Assembly: GCA_976551045.1 (NCBI GenBank)
Contig: CDPCPM010000056.1
Coordinates: 29,884,001 to 29,948,000 of the forward strand
Direction: 5' to 3'
Length of the DNA: 64,000 nt
DNA from: Glaucostegus cemiculus
Lineage: Eukaryota
This document shows, in pieces, positions 1-12,340 of this stretch. Both the position numbers and the translations under genes were made by a program. How positions within the stretch are numbered: the stretch's first letter is position 1; each line of letters starts with the position of its first letter. The notes under the pieces are model-generated. The model did not search any database. It saw only the letters and a program-made list of their open reading frames with translations, and was not told the origin of the DNA.

Positions 1-339
1 TCAGTAACTCCCCTAAAGAGAAGTAGGGGAATGCATTTTTCAAGAGGAAGCTACAGGTAATGCAGGTGTCAAGAGAAAAGTTGTTATTAGAAGCCAGATT
101 CTTACCATGATTATTCTAGTGAGGTCATTGAAATTTCCTTTCACTGCTGCCATCTCTTGGGAGCTAAGTTCAAGTCATTAACCTTCCTGCTGGCCTCTTC
201 CTACTGGCATAAGTGGTGTGCATGGAGGATTTACTCTGCTCTTGTGGAGACAAGGCAGGTTCACATGAAATAGATTTTAAATGAAAACTACCATATGTAA
301 TCACAATGTTTTACTATATCATCCTGCTTTCATGATATA

Positions 340-443
340 AGAACTGAAAATACTGGATACGTATAGCAGGTTAAGTCATACAGTAGCTGTGAAAAATAGA
401 AACAAAGTCAGTGTTTCACATTGATCACCTTTCATCAGAACTG
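340..443 (-). mobile_element. Penelope-like pLTR fragment with hammerhead relic
   Basis: Minus strand CAGTT CTGATGA AAGGTGATCAATGT GAAA CACTGACT followed by TTGTTTCT...ACAGCTACTG...CCTGCT...CCAGTATTTTC, the same layout as 55784-55880. Confidence 0.6.
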
Positions 444-1847
444 CTTCGTCCTCTAATTGCCATTTCCAGGTAGTTTCTCACCATATCTTTGACAAAGTCA
501 ATCTTGAGTGGTCTAATGGACAGTTCGAAGAGTAGCCATCACCCACTCATTGATTTTATTGTCTGGTCTCACTTGGAAATGTGGTCTTCGAGTATATTTG
601 GGCCTTTAAACAGGAATAGAATGGAGAAGATTGCTACATAGTGAACCACAATGAGGTGAACAGGACCATGAAATCAACAAAAGTTATTCTGAAAAATACA
701 ATAACCTGTGGGGAAAAATAGATTTAACAACAATGAGGTATTTCACGCATAGGGCATAAAATGGCCTAAGCATCAGAAATAATTACTAAATTATGTGGTG
801 TAATGTGGAAAGGTATTAGGAATGCTACTATTTTTGTTTTGAAGCCTGGGGCAAGAGTACTGTACGACGATAGCTGTATCAAAATGAATTGGTGGCAGTG
901 TACTGAAGGTTGTATCTGGACACATAGACCTGCACTGAGTCAGCGGCATTGTAGATTCTTCTCATTCCATCAGTCTAATGGATAGCAATTGAATTTAATT
1001 AGTAAAGCAGCTCAGAGTAACAGCACGCTGCGCAGAGTGAAATGAGAAGCTATCTACTGAAGACTTGCAAAGAATGTCTTTTTAACTGCCATTCTGAATA
1101 GTGATGGAAGCCAAATGCTCTCCTCATAATCTCCAACTACAAATTATTACAGTAAAATGTGGAAGGGGGTCCCCCTTCTCACTTTTTCTTTAAAATGTAC
1201 AAGGAAAAACACATAAGCCCTCCTGTAGTTTTGATGCTAACAAGAGACTCAATTTTGCCTGGCTGGTCACAGCAAGCAGGCAAGTTCCAATGATTGATTA
1301 TTGTGGTATCTCTGTATCTTTGACTTTGAACCATGACCTCTTTGTGTACAAAGAGGGTTGGGACCTACCATTTGCCATCTGGAAAGAGGGACTGTACACA
1401 GGGAAAAAAGTCTAACATTAATCACCCAATTAAGAGCACACAAAAATAGACCATACAAGTTTTATGAAATTTAATAATTTTCTAATTTAATTGGATTCTT
1501 AGACAGCCCACTATCCAGAACTGGCAGAACTCGTTTATACATTTGCTCTCAATCCCTGCACTAAAAAGTGAGCTCAAGTTCGTCTTTGCTCGACTAATCT
1601 GCAAGCACTTTAATTAGCCTGAAGAAAAGTGATTGTTCACTTCAAACCAAAAGGACGGACAGACTGAATTCTCACCTATTGTGTGATGTGGAGCATTTTA
1701 CTAGACAAATTCACCAATTAGTCCAGTCACATACAGCAGTATTCTCTCCGTTTCTAGAGACCCAGCAATGCAAAGCCACCTCTTTGAAAATCCAGTGCAA
1801 TTATGCTGAGAGCTTGAATTTCTATCTGGGTTTTGATTGGTGAGGTT

Positions 1848-1869
1848 GGGGGGGGGGGGGGGGGGGGGG
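1848..1869. repeat. G22 homopolymer
   Basis: Direct count. The length may be unreliable in the assembly. Confidence 0.9.
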
Positions 1870-4800
1870 TTTGACAACTGGGAAAACCTATCTCCAGAGG
1901 CATTTTGACTCCCCACTGAGGACATTTTTTTTTGCAGAGTAAAAAGAATGTTGTATTGATCTGATTACACTGCATTACCCACAATAGAACAGCATATTGA
2001 TGCTGAGAAAACACTTGCATGATACACTACATCTGTTGTGACCTTACCAAGGGTAATTTAGGTAGCACCCCTCTGTTCAGCCTACCTTGGATCTTTTCAC
2101 TTTTGTGCCAAAACATCCCGATATATAAACAATGCAGATTTTCAAGCTTTTTAAATAATTTCTTATAATTGTTATGATACAAATTTCTGTTTAATAGCTT
2201 CCATTTAGAAATAGAAGTCAACTTCCCCAGAATGAACATCATTCTGATTTAATTTATTACCTGGCCTGCAATGTCTATCAGGACTACATAACAGCTTTAT
2301 CCTAATCACTGTGAGACTCAAGAACAAAATAGCATGCAGGACTGTGATTTCAGGTAAGGTTCACACAAAGTGTAATGCATAATGTCTTCTTGCACAAAGT
2401 GTAACAACCTCCTTTAAATCACAATTACCAGGGAGTATGAAGAGAATAATAACACTCAACATTTTCTGCAGCCCAGTAAAACAATGCCAACAGAATTGCT
2501 GTCTCTTTTGGCCATATAATTTGCTCCAAAGTCACTGACTCTTTCTCATGTTCTTCATTTTATGTCACAACTTCCCTCAACTCCATCTGCTCCATCTGTT
2601 TTATTTTTGTAACATCCCCAATTGTCCCAGTGCTCATGGAAAGTTACTTCACATGCAATTACAATTAAGGATGGGAACATCTCCAGTCAGGGAGAAACCT
2701 TGCTTAAACTGGACTCATTAACTCTTCCAGTATTTCCTTTTCTGCTTTGTTTCTGAAAGTACTTCCCTTCCTTGAACTTACTTGATATTATATTTTCAGG
2801 TTCTTTCCCAACTGTCTGATAAACCTAAGTTGGATCTTCTTTGGTGTACTGGCAAGTAGTCCTCCCTTCATCCTCATGTTAGTCATTAAGACACTGGTTT
2901 ACCATCTGCTCCAGTGAACTCTTCAGTTCTGGATCCATAACTCCTTCTGGCACTTGGCTCACCTAACTGAAGACTGGGTTTAGGCACTGGTCAACAATGT
3001 TTAGTTCCAATTCCAAGCCAGAGCAAGGTGAGTTGGGTAGCTTTGGAACAGCAAAAAGAGAAAACACAAGCACACACTTATAAGTGCCCAACTGACCAAT
3101 CCAGAGATTAGTATGGGTTACCATATTGGTTGAAATGGCTGCAGTTGATGAATTGGGGAGAAAAGTAAAATGAATGAGTTTTAGATCTGTAGTGATTCAA
3201 AAACAAAATCAATGCAAGGTTTACAAGACTACTTGTAATGTCCTCCCATGTAAGTATGTCAGTCAGCTTGGAAGTTAGTATGAGAGAAAAGGAATTTTCC
3301 TAACATATTTCTAAACATCTTTTTGTAACTAGGATTTGTGCATCTTCTGGAACACCCTCAATTAATACTAGGAACTTCCTCCACTGGTGACAAAAGCATT
3401 TCTCCAAAAGAAACTATGTGCAGATCAGTTGGCATCTGCACAGATACATTTGTGAAATACAAGTTAGGGACTTTTAGATAACATGAAGCGGTCTATATGT
3501 GGTTCCTGTTTTTCATCAGACCCCCAGTATTTGCTTGTTTTACATTTACCTGTAGCTTTCTCTTATCATGTACAATGTGCACACAACAGGAAATTTCCTT
3601 TGTAGATGTTCAGCTTTTACAAAGGTGCCAGCATACCATCAATCGAAAGTAATGTGTCATAAAATGCATTTACCTTCAGGAAAATTGTGTTGATGAAAAG
3701 ATGATGTCCTGATAAACTAACAAAAAAAATATTGTAAGTACTGTGGATCATTTAGTATATATAGTATTTTATAATTCCTTGTGCAAGTAATCTTAGTGCC
3801 TCCTGGTTCTCTGTTCTATTGTGTCAGGATATGCATTGGTAAAGTAACAGAATTTACCCCCTCTCATCTGAAATTACTACAGTAAAAAATGATGCAAATT
3901 ATTACAATGGTGGTTAGTATTCTGTGGTACCTTTAGTTTAAACAGAAAACACTAAAGATAATCAAATAATATTCCAAACAGATAAAAACACAACAAGAAA
4001 ATTTGATTATTGATAGGTCTAAGTCTGAAACTTAGTCAAATGGAAGAGGTGGAGATGCCCTTTTCAGCAGGACTGTGCAACTAAGCAGGATCTAGACTAC
4101 ACTGTTACATAATCCACAAAATAAAACAGGTGCTGAGTTTGAATCAGCTCCACTTTTCTGTCTTTCTCTAACACAAACACAGATTTAAAAAACATGTGCA
4201 ATTATTGTAACCCTTATTAGGAAACTATTACCATGGTCTTCAGCTTTTTCATGAATAAATATTAACTAATGAATTTCCAGGTTTCTTTTATAAAAAAAAG
4301 AATCAACAGGACTGTTGTCATCTTTAATATTTTCCTTAATTTGGCCCAATGAGTATTGAAACTCTCCCAGGGGAACAAATTTCTTACGTTCGATCGACGA
4401 ACCTCGTTCTCCTTTTTTTATTCAGCAGCCATAAGGCACTTTATTTTACCACTTTTACTACCATCTGTACCAACTTTCCCCACAGACCGCTGCAGCTGTC
4501 CAGTGTAATGTGTTCAGTTTCTTTTATTTTCTGTCCAAATAGCTCGTCAACAATTCTGAAATATTTATAACTATTGTGTCCCTTTTGTTCTGGGCAGCTT
4601 GAGGGACTGATCCTCTTCTCTTTTTATAATGAAATGTTCCTACGCACAGTATATCACCACCATAAGTTGATAAGGGGTAAAAGAAACTTGTTTTCAAATA
4701 TCTTGAAAAAAATTATGCAAAAATATAATTAATTATTAAAACTCAAAAGCAAAATGGAAATGCTCAAGAATGAAACTGCACAACAGAAGGCCACCATATG

Positions 4801-5348
4801 TCCTATTTGCTTCAAAACATAAAGGCATGAGATATGATGGCATGTCAACAGTGTCACCCATCATTGTGAGCTGGAAGTTTTATTCTAAATCCAGCCAGCA
4901 TTTCCGATTTGAAATTATATTTGGCATCTACCCATCAGTTGCTCTTCTAGTGTCTGTAAACAAATTTAAAAACAATCAGGTGCTATGCAAATGATGACTA
5001 ACCAATATGATTTGGAAAGGAGAGGATGTATCTTCTCAGAAATGAAAACCTTCAAATTCTTTGCAAGGTTATCTGCAAGCAGAGTATGACTAAGAGAGGA
5101 ATAAATACCACAGCAATGTATTAACTAAGGGGTTGATATTTTGTTTACAAAATAACTGAGTTCATTTACTCAAGTTTACCCATAGTAACACTCTCACAAC
5201 CAAACCAAAGGGGGGATATTTTGGAAGTGGAATTCAATGTGCATACACCCAATCAACATGTTTTGCACATGAAACCAATGACAAATATCTATTGGTCAGA
5301 GCTCACTTCTGACACTTAAGTAGGCTGCTACTTCACCTCATCACTGGT

Positions 5349-5597
5349 AGATAGCGTAGCAGTTAGAGCGACGCTGTTACAGCGCCAGCGATCGGGGTTT
5401 GATTCCCGTCGCTGACTGTAAGGAGTTTGTACATTCTCCCGTGTCTGTGTGGGTTTCCTCTGGGTGCTCCAGTTTCCTCCCACATTCTAAAAGATGTATG
5501 GGTAGGTTAATTTGGGGGTTTAAAATGGGCAGCACAGACTTGTTGGGCCGAAAGGGCCTGTTACCACGCTGTAAATAAAATTTAAATTTAAAAAAAT
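5349..5597 (+). mobile_element. tRNA-derived V-SINE (HE1-like), near full length
   Basis: tRNA-like head (TAGCGTAGCAGTTAG...GGTTTGATTCCC), V-domain GTGTCTGTGTGGGTTTCCTCTGGGTGCTCCAGTTTCCTCCCACA, LINE-like tail GGGCCGAAAGGGCCTGT and an A/T-rich end. Closely similar copies lie at 54982-55215 and 9273-9382. Confidence 0.9.
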
Positions 5598-5599
5598 CC

Positions 5600-5690
5600 C
5601 AGCTTCTGAATGAGATATTAGAGCAAAGTCCTGGCTATTCTCTCAGGTGAATGAAAAGGCCCTTAAGCTTTATTCAATAGTGATCAAGAA
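5600..5690 (+). mobile_element. DeuSINE Deu-domain fragment
   Basis: TTCTGAATGAGATATTAGAGCAAAGTCCTGGCTATTCTCTCAGGTGAATGAAAAGGCCC resembles Deu-domain TTTCGGATGAGACGTTAAACCGAGG...CTCTCAGGTGGACGTAAAAGATCCC. Confidence 0.55.
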
Positions 5691-6923
5691 AAGACAAAGG
5701 TCTAATTGAAGCCGTTACATGCAAATGCAAAGCCATCTTCAACGAAAGTACAATGTTTTCCAAAATCAATTGTATAAAGAACTCTAGTTACTGTGCAAAA
5801 ATTTGAAAAGTAATAATCTCAAATTCTAGTTGACAAAATTTTCAATACAAAAATATTGTTTTATAAAGTTAAAAGCAACTATTACAACTACCACTACTAC
5901 AACATTTAAAGCAATGGAGATTTTGGAAAATCAGGAAGTTTGAGCAGAATTCAAAAAGAAACAGGATTTGGGGAGCAGGGCCTCATTTGAAGAACCTTTT
6001 GGAATATCCTCCCTCCCTACTGCAAAATAGACCTCTTGATTAATATTGCAATGCTATCTGCTCTTTTCCATCTCCCTTTCCCATCACACCTGTAGGTTTT
6101 ATACCTATGTTGAGTTGCTAATCCTGCCAACTTTCAACCAAATATCTGTCATAACAAAAATATCATATTTCCATGTGTTAATCAATGCCTTTCATTCGTT
6201 TGCCTTATTCGTCAGATTTTCTTGCAGTAAAATAGATTCAATCCAGTCCTGCATTGCTTCCATCTCCCTTATCAAGTGAATGTACACTCTGCCTTCTGTT
6301 CAGCTTTATTTCTATATTTGGCTGCTCTTCACTCCCTACTGTCAACCTATTCTGTGCCCTATTCCTCTGCCAGTTTAAACCCTTCCATATAGCACCAGAA
6401 AATCACAATCCCATCCCACAAGGATGCTGGAGCTGTTATCGTCCAGGTGCAATCTGTTTAGCTTGTGCAGGGCTCACCTCCCAAGTTATTCAGTGCTACC
6501 AAAGCCATTTCCAGGAGGGACAGTTTTGAGAAGGAGAAAATACTGTCAACTGTAGACTAAAGATCATGACTTGGCTACAGGTTTACGTTAGTTAAGTTAC
6601 TCAGTGGGCAGGGGCAGGGCGGGGTGGGGGGGACGTGGGGAACATGTTGTTGAGAAGAGTGAATCGGTTCTAGGGCTGAAGTTTAGAAACTCCTTCAGAA
6701 ATGATCAAAAGTGAGGGGTTTGGAGGAAGGTTATGGAGGGAGATCAAAAAGCCAGTATTGGTTCTGTGTATACATGTTAGAGGTTGATGGGGAAGGTGAC
6801 TGGGGCAGGAGTGCATGAATTATCCAAGGCAAGTGAGGGACATTTCAGTGGAGCCCCAATTCAGCTCGATGCTGTCAAGATCCAATTTTCCTGGGAATGC
6901 ACGGCAATGGTCAACCTCAGGAA

Positions 6924-8585
6924 AAGACCATTAGACCAAGGAGCAGAATTAGGCTATTCAGTTCATCAAGTCTTCTCCACCATTCAAGCATGGCTGATTT
7001 ATCTGTCCCTCTCAACCCCATTCTCCTGCCTTCTCCGGTAGCCTTTGATGCCCTTACTAATCAAGACCCTATCAACCTCCACTTTAAGTACACCCAATGA
7101 CTTGGCCTCCACAGTCGTCTGTGACAATGAATTCCACAGATTCACCACCCTCTGACTAAAGAAATTCCTCCTCATCCCTGTTCTATAGGGATTTCCGTCT
7201 ATTCTGAGGCTGTGCCCTCTGGTCCTAGACTCTCCCACTACTGGAAACATCCTCTCCACATTCATTCTAACCAGGCCTAACAATATTTGGTAGGTTTCAA
7301 TGAGATCCCCCCTCATCCTTCTAAACTCCAGCGAGTAGAGACCTAGAGCCATCAAAAGCTCCTCATACATTAACCTTTTCATACCTGGGATCATTCTCGT
7401 AAACCTCCTTTGGACCATCTCAAATGCCAGCACATCCTTCCTTCAAATATGGGGCCCAAAACTGCTCACAATACTCCAAATATGGTCTGACCAATGCCTT
7501 GTAATGTCTCAGCATTACATCCTTGCTTTTATATTCTAGTCCTCTCGAAATTAACGCTAACATTGCATTTGTCTTCCTCACTATTGACTCAACCTGCAAG
7601 TTAACTTTTAGGGAATCCTCCACTAGGACTCCCAAGTCCCCTTGCACCTCTAATTTCTGAATTCACTCCCCATTTAGAAAATAGTCTATGCCTTTATTCC
7701 ATTACCAAAGTGCAAGACTGTATACTTCCCTACACTGTATTCCATCTGCCACTTCTTTGCCCATTTTCCAACCTGTCCAAGTACATCTGCAGACTCCCTG
7801 CTTCCTCAACACCACCTGCCCCTCCACCTATCTTTGCATCATCTGAAAACCTAGCCACAAAGCCATTATCCAGATCATTAACATATAACATGAAAAGTAA
7901 TGGATCCAACATGGACTCCTGCATAACACCACTAGTCACTGGCAGTCGACCAGAAAATGCCCCCTGTATTTCCACTCTTTGCCTTCTGCCAGTCAATCAA
8001 TTTTCTATCCATGCTAGTACTTTTCATGTAATACCATGGGCTCCTATCTTGTTCAGCAGCCTCATGTGCAGCACCTTGTCAAAGGCCTTCTGAAAATCCA
8101 AGGAAACAACTTCCACCGACTCTCCTTTGTCTATCCTGCCTGTTACTTCCTCAAAGAATTCAAACAGATTTATCAGGCAAGATTTCCACTTCAGGAACCC
8201 TTGCTGACTTTGGCTTATTTTATTATGTGCTTCCAAGTACCCCAAAACCTCATCCTTAATAATGGACTCCAACATTTTACCAACCACTGAAGTCAGGCTA
8301 ACCGGCCTGTAATTTCTTGTCTTTTGCCTCCTTCCCTTCTGAAAGAGTGCAGTGATATTTGCAATTTTCTAGTCCTCCAGAACCATTCCTGAATTCGTGA
8401 AAGATCACTACTAATGCCTCCACAATCTCTTTGGCTAACTCTTTCAGAACCCTGAGGTGTAGTGCATCCATTGGTAGGTGACCCAGGAATGAGGAACCTA
8501 GGTGACTTATCTATCTTCAGACCTTTCAGCTTCCCAAGCACCTTCTCATTAGTAATAGTGACTACAGTCACATCTGCCCCCTGAA
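6924..8585 (-). mobile_element. 5'-truncated CR1-clade LINE (HER1-like), RT pseudogene with 3' UTR
   Basis: Frameshifted ORF pieces carry CR1 RT motifs: GKMLESIIKD, SQQGFLKWKSCLINL, LDFQKAFDKV, SGVMQESMLDPLLF, FSDDAKIGG, DLGVLVE, ALVRPYLEYCEQFWAPY, VQRRFTRMIPG, RRMRGDLIETY, RTRGHSL, FFSQRVVNLWNSL. Confidence 0.95.
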
Positions 8586-9272
8586 AACTTCATTTAGTGC
8601 CCCACAGTGCCCCAAAAGGAGTTGTCCACAGTAAATTACATCATGCCACATGAAACAGAAATGGGAATTGCATCAGGCATGAAAGGTACATTGTAACTGG
8701 AAATCTCCTGTTGAGTTCCTTGAGTGGTGAAATTTATCTCAGAAATGGCTGCAATTGATTTTCAGATGCAGAAGCGAAAAACAGCATTTAAATTTCTAGG
8801 CCTATGCAGTAAAAATTTGCATTTGGTTCCTTGTGCTAAATAGGCACAGTCATCTTGCCTATCAACTGCTCTCCCCCTCAACATTCGGTTTCACTGAAGT
8901 TGATAAAGTCAGGGGTTTAAGATCATTTATTTGATACAGTTAATGTAAGTATTATTCAAAATTAAGACCAAAAGTTAATTAAAAGTATAAGCACCCATTA
9001 TTTGCAAATATTTTGTTTATGACCAACAGTACTATTTTAATATAGTACACATTGGTATCAGTATTGGGGGAGTTCAGATAGTGCAGGGATACTGGGCCAT
9101 TGGGGTGGGTGGGGGTGGAGGTGTGGTTAACAGAGAATGGTTGGGGGAGAATGCAAAAGGATCAGAGATTAACCAGAAATAACTAAGACATAGCTCTTCT
9201 GAGGAGCCAAAGAGGCAAGTTAGCAAGCAATGGTGTGTGCAATAAATGGATTTGTGCAGGTTAAATAATTAC

Positions 9273-9382
9273 ATTTTTAAAATAAATTTTACTTACAGCG
9301 TGGTAACAGGCCCTTTCGGCCCAACGAGTCTGCGCCGCCAATTTTAAACCCCCAAATTAACCTACCTGTACGTCTTTCAGAA
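9273..9382 (-). mobile_element. 5'-truncated copy of the same V-SINE family
   Basis: TTACAGCGTGGTAACAGGCCCTTTCGGCCCAACGAGTC...TAACCTACCTGTACGTCTTTCAGAA is almost identical to 54985-55074. Confidence 0.85.
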
Positions 9383-9399
9383 AACTTAATTTGTGTATC

Positions 9400-9730
9400 A
9401 ACAGATCAACTGAAATGGGGCAGAATCAGATGTTACCGAAGTAGAAAGTGGCACGGATACATTGTTATAACCTCAGGTTCAAGTACAACACCAAGATTGA
9501 GAGCAGACTGGTTCCGCCTCAAACATTTGCCAAGAAGAGGGACAGATTCAGTGACTAGGCAACAGAATTTGTGCCAGGAACCAAAGACAATGGCTTCAGT
9601 TTTCGCAATATTTATTTGGTAGAAATTTCTGCTCATCTAATCCTGGATGTCTAACAAGCAATCTCCCAATTCAAAGCCAGTAGAGGTGTTGACAGAGTTG
9701 GTATTGAGGCAGAACTGGGCCTAGTAGTTG
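9400..9730 (-). mobile_element. L2-clade LINE RT fragment
   Basis: The ORF piece MSRNFYQINIAKTEAIVFG...ALNLGVVLEP resembles the L2 motif WMxxNFLQLNxxKTEAIVF...RNLGV. Confidence 0.7.
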
Positions 9731-10089
9731 CTACCAACATGTCAATTAAGGCAATAATTATAAATAGTGATTCCAAACTAATTTTACTTTATGGAAAAAA
9801 CTAAATTAAATGTACTTATGTACTATTATAATATTTTACATTTACCAATATGTTGCTGAACTAGCTGCTCAGTAGTTGGTGGAATGGCTTGATGATCAAG
9901 TACTTAAATCAAACTGTTGTTTTTCAAATAGCTCAGGTCATTTTTGTTGTACTTTATTCTACTTTCACCTCCTTGGCTGGACATTTGTTATTTCATGCTT
10001 ATTTTTAATGAATTCTATGGCATCCCAAAATATCTTCCAGAATGATATAATACTCATGTCATTTACTATCACCAGTATGTGGATGTATT

Positions 10090-10270
10090 AGCAACCTCAA
10101 GATATTGCAAAGTACATTTGAAGTGTAGGCACCGTCATAATTTTGGAAATGTAACAAGTTGAGCATACTAAACTCCCACAAACAGCAATGAGATAATGAC
10201 CACGAGAAAAGATTAAGGATAAATGTTAGCCAGAACACAAGGAAAGACTCACTTTCTCATTTTTGTTCAA
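10090..10270 (-). mobile_element. DeuSINE (SacSINE1/AmnSINE1-like) fragment
   Basis: TTTGAAGTGTAGG...CTCCCACAAACAGCAATGAGATAATGACCA...GGATAAATGTTAGCCAGAACAC matches the reverse Deu-domain as I recall it. Confidence 0.7.
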
Positions 10271-10899
10271 TGAAACAACAGAAGAAAATGCTTATAACTA
10301 ACCTTGAGTTGCCTCTCTTAGTTTCCCATTGTTTTTTTTAATTTAACTTTTAGCATTCTTTGTTGAGGTTTCAAGTAAACACACTAGCTCCTGTATTGCT
10401 CTCTATGGTGTCTTAATACTTGCAAATAAGTAGTTCAGTTTTGAAGGGAACCACCTGTTTATATTCATGTGTGTGTCTCTTCAATCACCTGGATCAAATT
10501 TGGAAGGAATATGAACCTTATTTCTTTCAAGCTGCCTCAAATCAATAAATATGCATAGAGCAAAAAAAAACTAACAGGGTATATAATTTGTGACAAGACC
10601 AAATTAATGCTGTCTTTCCCTCTTTCACCATTAAAGGCAAATAACTCCATTCCTTTAACCCACAAGTAATTAGTGTGAGGTGGGTTCTGGCAAGGGAAAA
10701 TTTGGAAAGTTAAGGAGAAAGGACAATGCACAAGCAGCAAATAAGTAAACAGAGTCTGTCAAGAAATGACAATGCAAACTTAAGAATATACCTCCAAATA
10801 GAGCCTAAGCAGGGAACAAAATAGTACAAAGGCAAAAATGAATGCCCTTTAACTGAAGGCATGAAGCATTCATGGAAATGTAGGTGAATAAATGTCACA

Positions 10900-12340
10900 A
10901 ATGAAAATAAGTGGGTAAAATCTAATGGCCATCATAAAAGCTTGGTTATAAATATTTCAGGATACTTGACTTTTATAAGAGATAAGCAAAATGGAAAAGG
11001 AGGAGTGGAAGCACTCACATTAAATAATAGGATAAAGGCAACAGAGAGATAGGATCTTTGCTCAGAAAATCAAGTATAGGTGGAGCTAAGAAACAGAAAA
11101 GGGACACAAAATATTGGTGGAAATTGTCTATAGGCTCCAGACAGAGGTGCTAGTGTTAGTGGAGATATTATTGATCAAGACATTAGAGATCCATGTAGCA
11201 AGGGTTAAAAAATTGTCAAGGGGAATTAACAAAGAAACCAAGTTAGGAGTAATAATGTGGGGACATGATCAAATGATGTATAATATGGTACTCCAGATCA
11301 ACATGTTGAGGAAACAATGAAGGAAAAGGCTATTTTGGATTTAGTATGAGGAAGGGTTATTGATGACCTGGTTATCAAGAATCTTTCAGGGAACATCAAT
11401 CATTATGTGATAAAAGTTTACATAAGAATTGAAAGTGGTATAGTTCAATTTGAAAGCAGGGTTTTAAATCTGAATAAAACACACCATGAAGACAGGAGGC
11501 ATAATTTGATTGTGAATGCAGTAAAAAGGTATAATATTAAGCAAGTAATGCCCATCATTTAAAATTAATATATAACTAACAATTTATATCCCTTTAAGCA
11601 TTAAAAACCAACAGGAAAAGTGGTGCAGTCGTGACTATCAAGAGAAGTATAGAATTAGATCAAAGGAAAATGCTTTTAAGATTGCCAAAATGAGCAGTAT
11701 TCTTGAGGATTGAAAACGTTTCAGAAAGAGGACCAGTGCACTGAAAAGGTAAGGAAAGGTGGAATACAAAATTATCAAGAAATATAAAAACAAACAGTAT
11801 AAGTTTTTAATGGTATGTGCAAAGATTAAAAAAAGAATAGCGAAGGTTAATGTACGTCCCTGAATGAAGAGAAATTGTACTGTGAAATAAGCAAGGAAAG
11901 TAAACAGATGTTCTATGTGCCTGATGCTAGAGAAAATACAGAAAAACTTCTGGAAACAGAACTACAGAAGTCAAAAGAATGAAGAGTTTAAAGAAATTAT
12001 CATTAGTAAAAAATTAGTACTGGAAAAATTAATGGGACCAAAACACCCCAGGATCTGATGAATTGTTTCACAAGGTTTTGAAGGAGCTGGCTACAGAAAT
12101 AATGCCTTGTGAAATTTTGGACCTCTCTACCCAAGAGATATGTGGAGGCATAGTCACTGAGTATATTCAAGACAAAGATGTACACTTTTTAAAAAATGTA
12201 TCAAGGGAATAAAGTGATAATGGGATTAGTGTAGGAAAGTGGCACGCAGAAAAAAAATCAGCAAAGGTCTTAATGAATGGAGGAGCAGCCATGATGGGCC
12301 TTTTTCCTGACTTCTGCTTCTATCTCTCACATTCTTAAGT
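10900..12340 (+). mobile_element. Degraded CR1 LINE: endonuclease/linker region joined to 3' end
   Basis: Decayed CR1 ORF2 motifs (AAATGGAAAAGGAGGAGTGG, GTCTATAGGCTCC, GGCTATTTTGGATTTAGTA, ACACCCCAGGATCTGATG), then an abrupt switch to a CR1 3' end at ~12105. Confidence 0.75.

Noticed and set aside
5349-5420. tRNA gene
   Set aside because: A/B-box-like head of a SINE followed by a V-domain, with no complete cloverleaf.
6540-6920. Possible ancient LINE relic flanking the CR1 copy
   Set aside because: Resemblance is too weak to assign a family without alignment.
6999-8571. Reverse-transcriptase ORFs as an active gene or retron-like system
   Set aside because: Multiple frameshifts, a damaged catalytic motif region and 5' truncation mark an ordinary dead CR1 copy.
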